Assembly (NCBI RefSeq): GCF_036365525.1
Contig: NC_090410.1
Span: 7,267,873 to 7,331,872 of the forward strand
DNA from: Heterodontus francisci
Lineage: Eukaryota
Direction of reading: 5' to 3'
DNA: 64,000 nt
Shown piece by piece: positions 63,620 to 64,000 of this stretch (position 1 is the first letter of the stretch; every line of letters begins with the position of its first letter). The position numbers and the translations under genes are program-made. The notes beneath the pieces were generated by a model. That model saw nothing but the letters and a program-made list of their open reading frames with translations, was not told the DNA's origin and did not search any database.

Positions 63620-63799
63620 AGGAGAGAGAGAGAGGGAGAGAGAAACACAGAAGAGAGAGAGAGAGAGATAAAGAGTGCGAAAGCAAGGCAGAACGAGAGA
63701 GAAAGGCAGGGAGAGAAACAAGGAGAGACAGAGAGAAAAACAAGGAGAGAGGGACGGAAAGAGGGAGAGAGACAGAGAAAGAGGGAGACAGAGAGAAAG
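63620..63799. repeat. GA-rich microsatellite leading into assembly gap
   Basis: (GA)n-like purine run. Confidence 0.85.
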
Positions 63800-63968
63800 N
63801 NNNNNNNNNNNNNNNNNNNNNNNNNNNNNNNNNNNNNNNNNNNNNNNNNNNNNNNNNNNNNNNNNNNNNNNNNNNNNNNNNNNNNNNNNNNNNNNNNNNN
63901 NNNNNNNNNNNNNNNNNNNNNNNNNNNNNNNNNNNNNNNNNNNNNNNNNNNNNNNNNNNNNNNNNNNN
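63800..63968. other. Assembly gap (N run)
   Basis: 169 N. Confidence 1.
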
Positions 63969-64000
63969 GGGAAGGAGCGAAACAAGGAAATAAAAATTTT

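Noticed and set aside
63587-63993. ORFs spanning the window end
   Set aside because: GA microsatellite plus N gap

Overview
Vertebrate genomic DNA, almost certainly a shark or other elasmobranch. This is inferred from HE1/V-SINE, DeuSINE (SacSINE1-like), CR1/HER1, L2, RTE and Penelope-like repeats. Three protein-coding genes can be rebuilt exon by exon with GT-AG splice sites and consistent phases: (1) a two-exon GJD2/Cx35-Cx36-family connexin (+, 9562-13543, 307 aa); (2) CCDC61 (+, 13 coding exons, 24756-48082, 552 aa); (3) OPA3 (-, 57809-55662, 155 aa), tail-to-tail with CCDC61. The rest is a dense, nested mosaic of retroelements, a solo LTR, a hAT MITE, a tRNA-Ser pseudogene, two minisatellites and an assembly gap. 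Most interesting observations: a LINE whose EN-RT ORF is preceded directly by a tRNA-derived SINE head, with SINE copies in the window that look like internal deletions of it; telomeric GGGTTAGGGTTA filler at the 5' junction of a young RTE; Penelope-type minimal hammerhead ribozymes, including an insertion that begins at the predicted cleavage site; a circularly permuted local duplication; a hairpin burying the connexin poly(A) signal; and a probable GJD2 ohnolog in the 19q13-equivalent block. Repeat family names come from recalled consensus features, not searches, and repeat boundaries are approximate.
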